From Takakia lepidozioides (lineage: Eukaryota > Plantae > Bryophyta): 64,000 bases of DNA. Position 1 is the stretch's first letter. Each line of letters starts with the position of its first letter. The position numbers and the translations under genes were made by a program. The notes under the pieces were generated by a model. The model ran no database searches. It was not told the origin of the DNA and saw nothing but the letters and a program-made list of their open reading frames with translations. Positions 52,482-64,000 of the stretch are shown here, piece by piece. Location: assembly GCA_030704615.1 (NCBI GenBank), contig CM060731.1, positions 66,216,001 to 66,280,000 of the forward strand, in the 5' to 3' direction.

Positions 52482-55400
52482 ATAGTCAGTAGGTAGTTCG
52501 ATTCTGACCGCAAACACTAGCTATTGTTTCCCACCCCCGCCATAGCTTACCAGATCACTTGAATTTCCGTATTCAGAACTCATAGATATCTGTCATTCTG
52601 AGCGCGTTGCAGTAGAAGCTTGTCAAGAGCTCTCATTTTACGTACTTGGGCATGTTTTCCTCCAGCAATGGCGTTAAGCCTAGATATACCATCATTTGCA
52701 TTAAACATTGAGAATCTTGAAGCTGAAATTTCAGTCCAATGTGACGAGGATGGCGATAACCCTGGTGCTGTAGATTTGGAGAGGTTGGCAAGAGGGTTTC
52801 GTGAAGTTGATGAACGGGAAGTAGAGATCGTTGCTCAGGGAGGCCTACGACACTCCAATGACGTTAATAAGTGGGCCCGCCGTCGTTTTGATGAGTGGAG
52901 GAGATTGAAAAATCTTCCCATTGATGTGAGCATTGAAGACCTGTATCAAACAGATCATAAGTCCCTTGTGGATATGCTAGCTGGATTCTTCAGTCAAGTC
53001 CAGAAGAATGATGGAAATCTTTATCCACCTGAGAGGTAAATGTGTACAAACCCTACACTATGCTGTATTTTCTCTATTTTGTGTGCATACTCTAAGATTG
53101 GCGTGGTAGGTGGCGCTCTTGCTTGTCTTTCTTTGTCCATTATGAATGTAATTGCCTTTGATTTCAATCTTATGATATAATTTTCTTGGTGACAGCTTGG
53201 CTGGGTTGTTTCGAGCATTTGGACGTCTAATCCGTACTCGCATTGAGGCCAATGCTGTGGAAACAGGAGAATCTATCTACCAATTCAATATTCTCAAAGA
53301 CTGTAGGTTTCAGAAAGCTAAATTAGCTTGTCAAACATCTGCAGCAGCTGGACATGGACGTAAGCGAAAGATTACAAACATCTTGACAATAGATCAACAG
53401 AGACACATCCTTCAAGAACCTTTCATGTCAAAAGATGATACGAAGGGATGTGCTATGAGAGTTGTCTTTTATTGCACCCGCAATTTTTGCATCAGAGGTG
53501 CTATGGAACTTTACAATGTGATGGACTGTGACTTCACCTTTGTGACTTCACCTTTGGAAGCGATCTTGCTGGATCTTATGTTCGTTACGATGAGCGACAG
53601 TCCAAGAATCATAAAGTCGATATAGACCATTGTCAACCTGAACGATTAAGGAGGCCAGTTCAGCTCTCCGTTCCTGACATCGTTGCAACCTTTCGGTGCT
53701 TCTACGATCATCGTCCAATCTGGGGATCCGAAGAAATAGGACCTCATCCGCTCTTTTTAAGACCACTTGATGGGAATCCTCGTGCACGCAGGTCTGAAGT
53801 GGTAAGCCTAGTTCTCTTAGTGTCTCTAAATTTCATTGTCTTAAGATGATATGTTGCGGCTAGTAGACATTCTAACTTGGAAGCTTGTTTGTTTTTGTAG
53901 TGGTACAGTAAAATGCGCGTTGGGCAACGCAACCTGTCAACATGGTTAAAAGTGATTACAGTTGATACCGAAGGTAACAGTGAAGGGCAGTTTACAAACA
54001 AAACTCCAAGGGTTTCAACAATAAGCCGCTTAAATCGAATGGGAGTTCCACCTAAGATTGGTATGAGGATAACAGGCCATCAAACTGAGGAAGGATATAT
54101 GAGATATGACGCAGATCATGAGGGTATAATGGCCCGTGCAGTTCAGAACATCATCTCTGCTATATCTGGTACAGGAGGAGACAGAAGCTGGGAGGCAGCC
54201 CTGCAGTATGAGACAGAAAGATGGGAAGGGATTCAGCGAGGAGAGTCAAACTCTAGATATGATGCTTCTCGAGGGTCTGACTTTTCTGCTAGCCCAGTTT
54301 GTAGACTTCCAAGTTCTACATGTCTATCTACTGTTGTACGTCCTACTTCTACAGGTCATTCTACACCTGCTTCCACTTCTGCTACAAGTCCGGTTGTGTT
54401 GGTACAAAAGGATTGTGGGATCAGGTGACATGTGCAACAACAAAGAACTCCATACAATTTTTCAAATCGATCGATTGCCGAATTTGAATTGGGAACCTAT
54501 AAAATCTTTCGGGTCTGGCGAATCGGTTTTTGCCGAAGTTTCTACGAGTCATGTGGTGTCTGGTGGTCATTCCGATGAACGTGACCCTAGTTCGAAGCAG
54601 TTATCACTTGTTCCAGATGCACCTGGACTCATTCAACCGCTAGGCACTCCGCAACCAATCGTTCAACATGTTGCGTGTCCAACAACACTCTTTTCAGTAC
54701 CGATGCTTCTTTGCAAGTTGGCAAACATATCCATGATGACTCGGAAGCATTCTGGGATGATCCAGCAACAGTTGCTCACTTGGACAGATGTATTGAGAGG
54801 CACAACTTGGCAACACAGGTGACAAATTTTGGTCATACTTTCAACAACCTTACCAACTGTCCAATTATTGTCGTGCCTGATCATTCAAGCGCAATGGAGG
54901 TGTTAAAGGCACTACGGAAACCTGAGTAGATCTGATCTATTTGACCCAGTTTCCTAGAAGAAGGCGAAGAAGACGACGGGCCACTGTGGCGCCTTGCAAC
55001 CTCTCGGGGATGCTCTATGCTTAAGCCAAGTTTCTGCTACCAATTGCGTATTGTTTGAGTGTTAGCAGGTCTTCAGATGGTTGTGAATCGTGCCTGCACA
55101 CAGTTAGTCTAGCTGACAACTATAGACATGATCAAGAGAGCTCGAAGTTTGTCTTGCTCAATGTTACAGATTGAGCAAATTCGAAGACAATGTATACACT
55201 CATAGTTCATCACAATAGTGATTACATTTTTTGAGCATTGCTAGAGATTATGGCAATCTCACATGTACATAAAGATAGTCGTGGCAGAGACTCGAGAAAC
55301 ACAAACTCTAAGTACCTCCATCAAAATGACAATTGAAATTGGCATCTTTATGCTTATTTCAATACGGGATCATGCAATAGCTGCAGATCGTAATAGAAAC

Positions 55401-55636
55401 CGAAAAGTCAAACTAGCACATTATGCTTTTGCATAATGTACCAGAAGCCATTGCGCAAAAGCATAATCTGCGAGCAATGTGGCTAAAGCAGGATTGATTT
55501 TCATAATGTTTCTGGAAAATGAACTGGTATGAGCTGCCCAACAAAAATCCATATATGCCCGCAAAAAATGATCACGATTCTGCCGAGTAAGAGACCTCAA
55601 AAGCGGCAGAATCGACTACCTACTGACTATTACGTA
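52476..55636 (+). mobile_element. Tyrosine-recombinase (Crypton/DUF3504-like) DNA transposon with terminal inverted repeats
   Basis: Left TIR CGTAATAGTCAGTAGGTAGTTCGATTCTGACCGC (52478-52511) versus reverse complement of right TIR CGTAATAGTCAGTAGGTAGTCGATTCTGCCGC (55603-55634). The TIRs enclose a YR gene. Confidence 0.82.
52668..54929 (+). pseudogene. Crypton/DUF3504-type tyrosine recombinase; introns 53036-53195 and 53802-53900; frameshifted by a 14-bp duplication at 53527-53554
   Basis: Spliced reading: WARRRFDEW...FFSQVQKNDGNLYPPE|SL...FCIRG..EL...ERQSKN...LFLRP...|WYSKMRVGQRNL...FTNKTPRVSTISRL...GMRITGHQTEEGYMRYD. C-terminal TFNNLTNCPI-type tail. The 3' splicing or frameshift after 54428 is unresolved. 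Confidence 0.82.
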
Positions 55637-56228
55637 CGTTGACTTCCACGCAGATTAGAGGTAGCCGGTGGGGCCAACTTGATATATAGTGGGTGCTGTT
55701 GCATAATTCGGGTGTTGGACCAGATTTTGACGAATTGCAGTTTGTTAAATGGTTTCTTGCTGTGGGGGAGACCATATCTTATCAGTTTTCAAACAAGTCG
55801 GCTGGAACACGCTTCCGGATCAATATGTTTCCAAGCAGCTTTTGGATGACAGTAGTTGAGCTTGCTGCTGAGAGGTGGGTCTTTCCTCCTGTGGCGTTCA
55901 GAATGGTAGATGTTTTGAGTAAGAACAGTTGTCCGGACGAATCCCTCACAGTGTGACATAAAGTTGTCGCACAACTGATTGTGGGGCCGGCTATGGCGTG
56001 ATCAGTAGCTGCAATCCAGCCGCCCACTGACCAAGCTTGACATGCTAATTAACTGATCAGTGATCATTCGCTTTAATGAGCCGTCACTCAGGCTAGGCGA
56101 ACATGGCGGTATTTAAGCGGCAATATTGTGAGCGTCAACATATTTCCAACCACAACCGACCCCCTGTGGATGTAGACGCTCAGTACCAGGCCGTTGGAAA
56201 AGATAAAGCCCCCAGGAGGAGATCACCT

Positions 56229-57758
56229 ATGACGAATTTATTGCTGTTGTTTGTGCTGAAGCTGCATTCTGCTACTTTCGGTGTGAAGAGCTCAGGGCTG
56301 GTTATGAGACCCGCACGCGAACTCTGGATGAATTGTCTGGTCTTCAATCATATTATTGGACGGGTATCCTTGTGAAGAGATTACGGTCTGTACTATTCAC
56401 ATCCCTTTCAGAAATTTCCATGCCGTATGTAGTTCTAGAATCTCTTGTACTTCTACATTCTACCCTCAAGGGCAGGTCGTTTAGACACATACAAATTGCC
56501 AGTGCATAGTGCGCGTTCGCGATCAATACTTCAATCGACGTCTTTTGGCCAGGCATGGAAATTGAAGGGACTGAGTGTGAAGGGATTCTGGGTTGACGAA
56601 TAATCTCACTATATATGCCAGCTACTAGACTTTCTGGCTCAAGCAATTAATCATTGACAACCGAACTTTTGAATCGAGAACTGTACAGGTGCAGACATCG
56701 GATGGATTCCTGCTGGGCCTACAACACATTGCATATGGATCGAGCGGGCCAGGATCATCAGGTGGAAGCCGACCACCTGTCTACCTCCAGCACGGATTGT
56801 TTGGGGTATGTTATGTACATCTACTCTCATGGACGTATTGGCTGACCCGTGACTGGGGGATGTTTTGGAAAAGTTATATAGACTCTGGAAGCTTATTCTG
56901 TTGGAAGTTAGCGAGCCAATCTTGCTGACATACGCCCTGATCTCGCTGACCTATTTACTCTACGATCGCCATCCATGGCTTAGATTACGGTGTGTCTTCT
57001 AGCTATTCAGGCAGACGTTCTTATCTAGTACGGCAGACATTCTTATCTAGTACTTACGTGTATACCTTAGGACCGTAAGCTTAGCACCTTCTTTAGATAG
57101 ACTAGTTCTTGGAAGCATCCTCCTTGGAAACTGTATATAACTCTTCTCCTCGTTGGGAAAGCAGTGCAGATCAATACATTAAAAATCTCTACATATTCCA
57201 CACTCACTATTGAGAATTCATTCCGTCGTTGAAAGTCTACAAACCGTGGTACCGTGGTCCACCGTCTCCATTTCCTAAATTATGTGAAATCTCGAAGGTT
57301 TACTCCAAACTGTGCATATCAGATGCTGCAGTACTTACACGTCGTAATTGGATTCATATTCCTTTACAAACTGTAGGTTCTTTCTCGCCTGAACAGGGTG
57401 GACACAATTGGGTAATGAATCCGCCCCAGGAGTTCACAATGTGCCTGTGGCAGATTTTCGATCTGTTTGGCATAGAAGAATTCAGTATGCACAAGTAAGT
57501 TTGCAAGTCTCGACACACCTCTTAGTTTCTAGTTATATGCATTGTGATTGTCAAGTGCTGTTCTGAAGCAAATATTCTCAATCGGCGATGGTGTCCAGGT
57601 CTGCCGGCCGAATAGGTAACTCAAGATTTGATGCACAATGATCCGTGATCTTGTGGTTACCGTTCTGAAGGTGTTCGTAAAGTAGGCAATGAGCTGATCG
57701 ACTTAGCGTGCTCGGTTCAAGGTGTCAATTTCGGTGATTTGACAACTGCTTTTACAGG
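56229..57758 (+). pseudogene. Triacylglycerol/acid lipase (LIP1-like alpha/beta hydrolase) pseudogene with internal deletion
   Basis: GYPCEEIT|VQTSDGFLLGLQHI...RPPVYLQHGLFG|GGHNWVMNPPQE then jumps to LFGIEEF and C..GVNFGDLTTAFTG. The GHSxG core is missing and exon 1 is frameshifted. Confidence 0.8.
56899..57193 (+). mobile_element. Solo LTR (295 bp) in the lipase intron
   Basis: TG...CA ends, 5-bp TSD TATTC (56894-98 / 57194-98), internal TATATAA. Confidence 0.88.
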
Positions 57759-58399
57759 TGCTTCCTTGTACCTGGGGACTCAATCTAACTGATATTCTTT
57801 AGAGAGAATTCTCTGGGATGAATATACATTCCACTTCAATGGCCCTATCACACTAATGTAGGCGGAGATTGCTGTCTAGGAAATTCGACCGTATAGGAGG
57901 TCAGATAATTCAAGCTCCAACACGTTCTAACTTCTTAGGCGTGCCGGCTGAGACATTGCTCCTGGGCTTGATCTTTTTCCCCTGAGATAAGTTGCAATGT
58001 AGATTGTTCCTTCAGCTTTATACCCATTTCTTTTGTTTCCTAATTTCCGGTGAAGGTGGGCATCCTGGAAAACGAATTTAATAGATGTGATCACCAACTG
58101 TCATATCCAGCCAGCAGCTCCAGGAATGGCCATGACGTCGAATCAATCCATTGAAAACATAGCTTCGTTCGTACCTGATGCTATATACGAGGTACCGATC
58201 AGGGCTCTTATACCCGTGGCCAGTGATCGAGCTACCAGTTGGAGCTGCTTCCTGCACTAGGATTGCATATCTTTCTCTCGGCCAGGTTATTTGAATCTGG
58301 ATCCCCTTTTTAATATATTTTTTCGACAGGACAGTCCTGAAGACGATCTCGTCACATGTCATGTCAGTTCCTTATATGTACTTAGCAAGACTATGAAAC

Positions 58400-58830
58400 T
58401 TTCTCTGATCAGCTGTGTTATCAATTGATGCTTGTATGTGAAATGCTCGGGCAGTGATCCGGCACGGCGACTTCACAATGTACGACTTTGGGGGCTGCTG
58501 AGAACCTCGTGCACTACAGTCAAGCGACGCCTCCTTCATATCCTTTGGCCAACATACCGCAATCATTTCCCATTCTTCTGGCCTATGGAGGAAATGATGC
58601 CTTGGCAGATCCGCAAGATGTGGGACTCCTTATGGATGCTCTGTAAGTCACACAATCGAAACATCTGCCCTTTAAGGCTGCATGCCAAGAATTGCGAGAA
58701 GGGCCTACTGGCTCCCCAAACTTGTTGACAACAACGATCTGCGAGGGAAGGCCAAGCTGCTCCCGCTCCACTTTCACCTTTGTTCCCGCTGCCTTTGCTC
58801 TCCGGTTCTGACGCCGCAGTGCAGCCACTG
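58400..58830 (-). pseudogene. Possible CACTA ORF2/TnpA-like remnant
   Basis: IVVVNKFGEPVGPSRNSWHAALKG resembles plant CACTA ORF2 N-termini; disrupted downstream. Confidence 0.35.
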
Positions 58831-59133
58831 TATTTGCACAAATATGCGCACTCCGATTTCACTGCAAGCTATCGAGCCAACGTTGATGTCTACACCCCGG
58901 TCATTGCCTTCTTCCATGCCCACATGATTCAAATCTGACTTCCGACTTCATATCACATTGATTGCACATGCCTTCGATCAATCCGTCGTTGGAGCATCGA
59001 AATCTTAAACTGCTATGTTGAAGTCCATGAAACCCAATTTCTATCTAGAGAAGGAAGAGAGAAGGAAGCCCGGAAGAGGAACAGGCTGCTGTCTCATATT
59101 TGAGCCTTAGAAGCTTAATTCGAACTGCAGGAG

Positions 59134-59170
59134 TTTAGGGTTTGGGGTTTAGGGTTTAGGGTTTAGGGTT
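59134..59170 (+). repeat. Interstitial plant telomeric repeat (TTTAGGG)x5, one variant unit
   Basis: TTTAGGG TTTGGGG TTTAGGG TTTAGGG TTTAGGG. Confidence 0.85.
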
Positions 59171-59299
59171 CCAGTTCTGGTTCTGTCCTCACGACGTATG
59201 TAAGGGGACTACCCGTGATTTCTGAGGCCTGCACCACCTACATTCTGGTCAGTGAAGATATGAATCTATCTTTCAAGGCAGAAGATCGATATGTTGGAT

Positions 59300-59620
59300 T
59301 TTGCAGATCATGAGTGCAAGGTGGAGTCAGCTAGAACCCTTCAGTGTGGACTGACACAGATTATTGATGCATCTCTTCCATGCTATGGCAGGGTGAACAC
59401 AATCATCAACGGTCACTTAGGATCTATTCTTCAAGACTTATGAAATTACAATTGGGGATTGTGCAAATTTCACTTGCCCGGATTTTCGAAACATGCTTTC
59501 AAGCTCTCTTGATAATAGAGGAAAATATGTACCCTGACATATCTACCTCCAGAGGATGTTTTGTGATCCAAAACAAGAAAAATATATTCACCAATGTACT
59601 AATTCAGAGACTTCTGCAGC
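59300..59620 (+). pseudogene. SWIM zinc-finger remnant of the same MULE-like family as 28300-28631
   Basis: Own translation (frame not in the ORF track): KTYEITIGDCANFTCPDFRNMLSSSLDNRGKYVP*HIY...YIHQCT. Confidence 0.6.
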
Positions 59621-60565
59621 TAGATAACTCACATAGAATTTCAAACTTCATAGTGTTTGCGAGGATTGATAAAGTACTTTATGTGATTGTTGTTGTCTTC
59701 CCTGTAGACAATGATGCTACAAATTGGAATTGCATTTTGAATCATGTTGGTTACTTTGTATTCTTTGGCTCAATTTACTTTTTTCATTTTGGCCCTCTTG
59801 AGAGCGGGAAGAATTTGGCACCGTCGTCTACGAAGCACTTTTTGTTCATGTTTAGTTCTATTAAAAAGGGGTGGGTTGTGCTTCATTAGAGAATAATACT
59901 TTACTCGTAATGTTGATTACTTTGCTCCAGCGTACCACATTGTGTCTTGTGGGTTGTGTCCACTACTTCATGGAAGTTGCAAATCATGCTTGCGTTGAGG
60001 CAAACAGAGTGTTAGTTTGTTTCCAACTTGGCAGCAAGTCTAACTTTATAATTCAATGCCAACTAAGGTCCAGTCTGTTGTTTCCGTTTCCATTCTTCTC
60101 TTTTTGTACCATATCAGGTTTCCAGAATCTCCATTTCACAGCACTTTCCATCCGGTGTAATAGGCCCCTCCTACACATGGATATATGCTCCATTTCTCAA
60201 TTCTGCTCACTCTTAAGTGCTCACGCTTACTCTAAATCTGCTCACGCTTTTTGGGGCGAAGCGCGAGCACACTCACGTGAGCAGCTGCTCACAATGTAGT
60301 TTCTCTCCTCAGAAAGGTGACGGCCATATCATTGGGCATGGAAAAAGCTCAAGTGCAGAACATAAGGTGGATCATGGTTGCTTAATTTGTGTATGTGAGG
60401 TGTGAGGATGATAGTCATGAGCAGTCAAGATGATCAAAGAGCATCTAAGCATGATGGAAGTACGTTATGAAAATACATTGATTGATTTAGAAATGAAATG
60501 TAGAAAGAGCAAAGGAGTGAACATTGAATGAAGGTAAAAGTGAAGGAAGAAATGAAGAGGACTTA

Positions 60566-60789
60566 GGACCACTTTTCCATGTGAACCCTTTCTCATTTGC
60601 TAGGTTGAGAATGGGACCCTAGGAGACAATGCCTTACATTGAGGTGAGGGTTGTGTTGGACTTAGGGTTGTGCTGCACTTAACTCGGTTACGCAGGGGTG
60701 TGTATGCACATGGAAGGACCTATGCAGACCCGTGTTCCCTCTACATGACATCACCATCATGGGAAATGGGTCCACATGGAAAGTGGCCC
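60566..60789. mobile_element. Tourist-like (PIF/Harbinger) MITE, 224 bp
   Basis: TIRs GGACCACTTTTCCATGTGAACCC / GGGTCCACATGGAAAGTGGCCC, with TTA on both sides. Confidence 0.78.
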
Positions 60790-61604
60790 TTAAGTTGCGC
60801 TCCCGGAGTATTCAGTGATGGGTCAGAATAAAAGATGCTTACGCGGTTTCATCCTAACAATCATTCCAGCAGCCTAGAACCTCAAATCCAATTCATCCTC
60901 AAAAGTGCAGGACCTTTTCCGAAGAACATTTTATGGCCTAGGTTCATCAAAAATCCTGATGGAATGGTTAAGATTATTCCGCGGCAGGCAGCCTCCTGTA
61001 GAACTACTTAAGTGCAGAGAGAGATACAGAAGGGAAAGGAGGGGGCACCCACAGATAGATGCACAAACCAGAAAGGCATACCACAAGCAATGGCCATACA
61101 TTCAGCAACAGAAGGTACTGCACACATCTTGCACAAGGAGGATGTGGACACAGTCCAAAAAGCACAAAGGATGAGGGGGGCATGCCTTTATAAACCAAAA
61201 AGTAAGTTGGTCAGCCATAGCAATTTTGATGATCAGAAGGCCTGTGCTATGTTGCTGAAAGATGGGAGTCACATGTTGACCACAACAAAAGAAACAACTC
61301 AATGGTGCAGTCAGAACCCCTCCTTGAAATCCAGAAGTTTGGCCTTGTGTACTATACAGCCTATACAAAGAAAATACACGTCTGTGCCAGTCAATCCTCA
61401 CTAGTCCCAAATTGCAGATACCTATCACATTTACTGCACACTCAAGAGCCCCATGTAATGGCAACAATTTATTACTGTAAATGCCAAGCACAATTCTCTC
61501 CTTCAGTTCTCATCTTGTCAGGCTGAATGCCATACTTTGGAACTAGATTAGGCTTCCACATCCTCTGAAGAACTGGAAATTCAGGGGAAAGATTAGAAAT
61601 GCTG

Positions 61605-64000
61605 TCATCTCTGCAGCAATGCAAGTAGATGCAAGAGTTCTTCATCAGTGGCACCCTGATTACTATCAGACGATTGACATAATGAGGATGCTGGATTCCT
61701 CAAGAGAGACTGAGATTCGTGGTTGGGGTCTAGACTTGAAGGGCGGAGACCAATGTTGTCAAAAGAACTGCCATTAGAAGAAAAGGAAGAATTGGAATTG
61801 AATGTAAGGGGAAAGGGACCTGCAGAAGATATGGATGCAGCAAGAGAAGGAGAAGCATAGGCATGCACAGAGGAGGAACCAATGACAGGTTCTGAAAAAG
61901 AAACAGGGTTGGCATGTGATGGAAGACCAAGATTGAGAGGGCGAGCACTCTGAGGTAACATCTGTTGAAAATTTGGAAAAACAATGCCACCATTTTGAGC
62001 AGAGTAATTCCCAGTCTCATTCTCTGGATAGACAGGCAATGCACTAGTTGGAGAGATAAGGTGGTTACTGGGCTCAGAAAGATGCTGGCCCCTGCTAAGA
62101 GAATTGAATTGCCAGGCAGCGGTTTGTTCATACTGCATCCCATTGGCAGACAGGTAGAGACTATGCTGACCTGGGTGGCCAGGGGAATTGACTGCCAATG
62201 GAGGCAGTGACCAGGCCTGCTGTGGCACTTCCACTGACATGGAGGCTGGCATTTGCACTTGCTCCTTGGGCAAGCCTACAACTCTATGTGCAGGCGCTGA
62301 AGACGGAGGGCAAGAGACTGAAGAAGAGGGTAGAGACAAAGTCAGCTTGCTAGGTTCAAGACTATAGTCAGGACGTGCTATGGCTCGCTTTACTTCCACT
62401 TTCTTTCCTCGGAATGGTAGATAATGCCGCCGCACAGCAATATCAGCATGTTTGGGATCCTCAAACACCACATATCCAAAACCTCTGGACCGCATGGTCC
62501 CATCATCATCAGTGCCACAGATAACCACAGCATCCACAACTTTGCCAAACTCTTGGTCAAAAAACTCCCACAGCTCCTCATACTGAATGAAGTGTGGCAG
62601 ACCACCCACAAAAACCTTTCTGGCACCCATATTATCATCCCTCTTGTTGCTGCCCCTGGTTGAGACAAGAGTTTGGGACATGGGAGAACACACTGCAGTT
62701 TTTACTACTGGCCGGATGCTTGAACATGCTGAAAATGAACCCTGCAGCTCTCCTGATCCATGCGCAAATGTACACTTGAGGCCATTTGGGCATTTTCCTG
62801 TCTTTTCATGGTATGTACATAGCTTGGTCTTAAGGTTTCTCATGGCTTGATCACCTCCCTCTCCATTCCCTTTACCTGCTCCACAACTCATTTCTGAACT
62901 ATCAATCCTATCGGCATTGACAAGAGTCATCCACTGAATGAGTGAAATGATATTTGCTTCCCCAAGAACAACCCTCATCAGATGCAAGAAACCAGCATAT
63001 GAGTCTTACATCTGAGGCAAATTCACTGTTCCTTTCCTTCGCCAACTTGCATTAAGGAACTCACCCTGTGCACACTCAAAAGATTTTTCATCTTGTGAAG
63101 AAGATAACAAAGGGGGGACAGACTGTAAAAATGGAGGAGACTGAAGCTGGTGTGAGAAACATACAGGTCCCAGTTGAGAAGTTATGGAGGTGCTCAAGGT
63201 AAACCAACCCTGACAATAACGACAGGGTTGTAAGTGTTCCTCTTCTTCATTTCTGAGATGACATACTTTGGTTGCACTGGCACTGGCTGCAAAAGACATT
63301 AGAAGTGAAAGGACGAATGCAAGAAACCTGGGGATGAAGCCTCAAAGATGGCAGAAAATTGGGAATCCACTCGAGGTTGAACAGGGGCAAGAGTAAGGGT
63401 TGCCAAAAGACTCTCCCAAGATTGCTCGGTAAAAGTTTTCTCCTCCTGCAACAATGCCCGCATCTCCAGTGAAGGAGCCAACTGCAAGGGTTTCTCGTTG
63501 CGGACACTAGCCACATTTCGATTTGCACCATGCTTCAGAAGCAACGCAGTGCAGAGCAAATGATTGTTCTTGACAGCGTAATGCAGGGGTGTCTCTTTTG
63601 TGGCTGCCATTACATTCACACACCCAGCATCCTTCTCCAAAATAAGTGAAAGAGCATCAAAATATCCATGCCCAGCTGCAGTGTGAACAGGAGTGGCTCC
63701 AAGCTTGTTCCCGGTCAACACATTAGCGCCTGCGTCCAGAAGGCTGGCAACAACACGCACATTGACATCCGATCTATTCGAAAGAGTGGCTTGCCGCAGA
63801 GCCCAATGCAGGGCAGTATTACCATCTCCATCACGCTCATTGACAGGGGCACCAGCATCAAGTAAAAGGCACACAAGGGTTTCATCATTGCCCTGAACAG
63901 CCTTTAGTAGAGGTGGCAGAAAGGGACTCTGAGAGTGTGCTGACAATCTTGGCCGAAATAAGAGCAAACATTCTAGAAGCTTTCTTGCAATCTCGCAGTT
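61605..64000 (-). pseudogene. Ankyrin-repeat + CCCH zinc finger(s) + RRM protein; 5' end outside the window; reading frame broken at ~63300, ~63050 and ~62930
   Basis: ANK motifs (GNTALHWA, GATPVHTAA, ETPLHYAV); CCCH KTKLCTYHEKTGKCPNGLKCTFAHG; RRM KVFVGGL...RSRGFGYVVF; a degenerate CCCH (ICWFLASDEGCSWGSKYHFTH) in a third frame. Confidence 0.75.

Noticed and set aside
59380-60299. 169-aa and 142-aa plus-strand ORFs
   Set aside because: No recognisable motifs; the real signal is a decayed SWIM domain in another frame.

Overview
Eukaryotic nuclear DNA, almost certainly from a seed-free land plant (bryophyte/lycophyte-like). This is inferred from the spliceosomal introns, PLS-class PPR motifs, CYP704B, a plant-type 26S rRNA fragment and TTTAGGG repeats. 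The window is TE-rich. Host genes: a 2-exon DUF599 gene (-), a secreted GNA/bulb-type lectin (+), a 6-exon CYP704B (+), a lipase pseudogene, and a frameshifted ankyrin-CCCH-RRM gene running off the right edge. Mobile DNA: a full-length but decayed chromovirus (Ty3/gypsy) with non-canonical TA...GA LTR ends; a MULE/SWIM-like transposase split by ~7 kb of captured 26S rDNA and scrambled PPR fragments; several CACTA pieces, one carrying a nested 4-bp-TSD TIR element; a Harbinger remnant; a Tourist-like MITE; and a solo LTR. The most striking item is a ~3.15-kb element at 52476-55636. It encodes an intron-containing tyrosine recombinase of the Crypton/DUF3504 type, is bounded by ~30-bp terminal inverted repeats and 6-bp T(A/G)CGTA cores, and abuts a ~100-bp hairpin mini-element that shares the same core. 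All assignments come from reading motifs by eye; no database searches were run.
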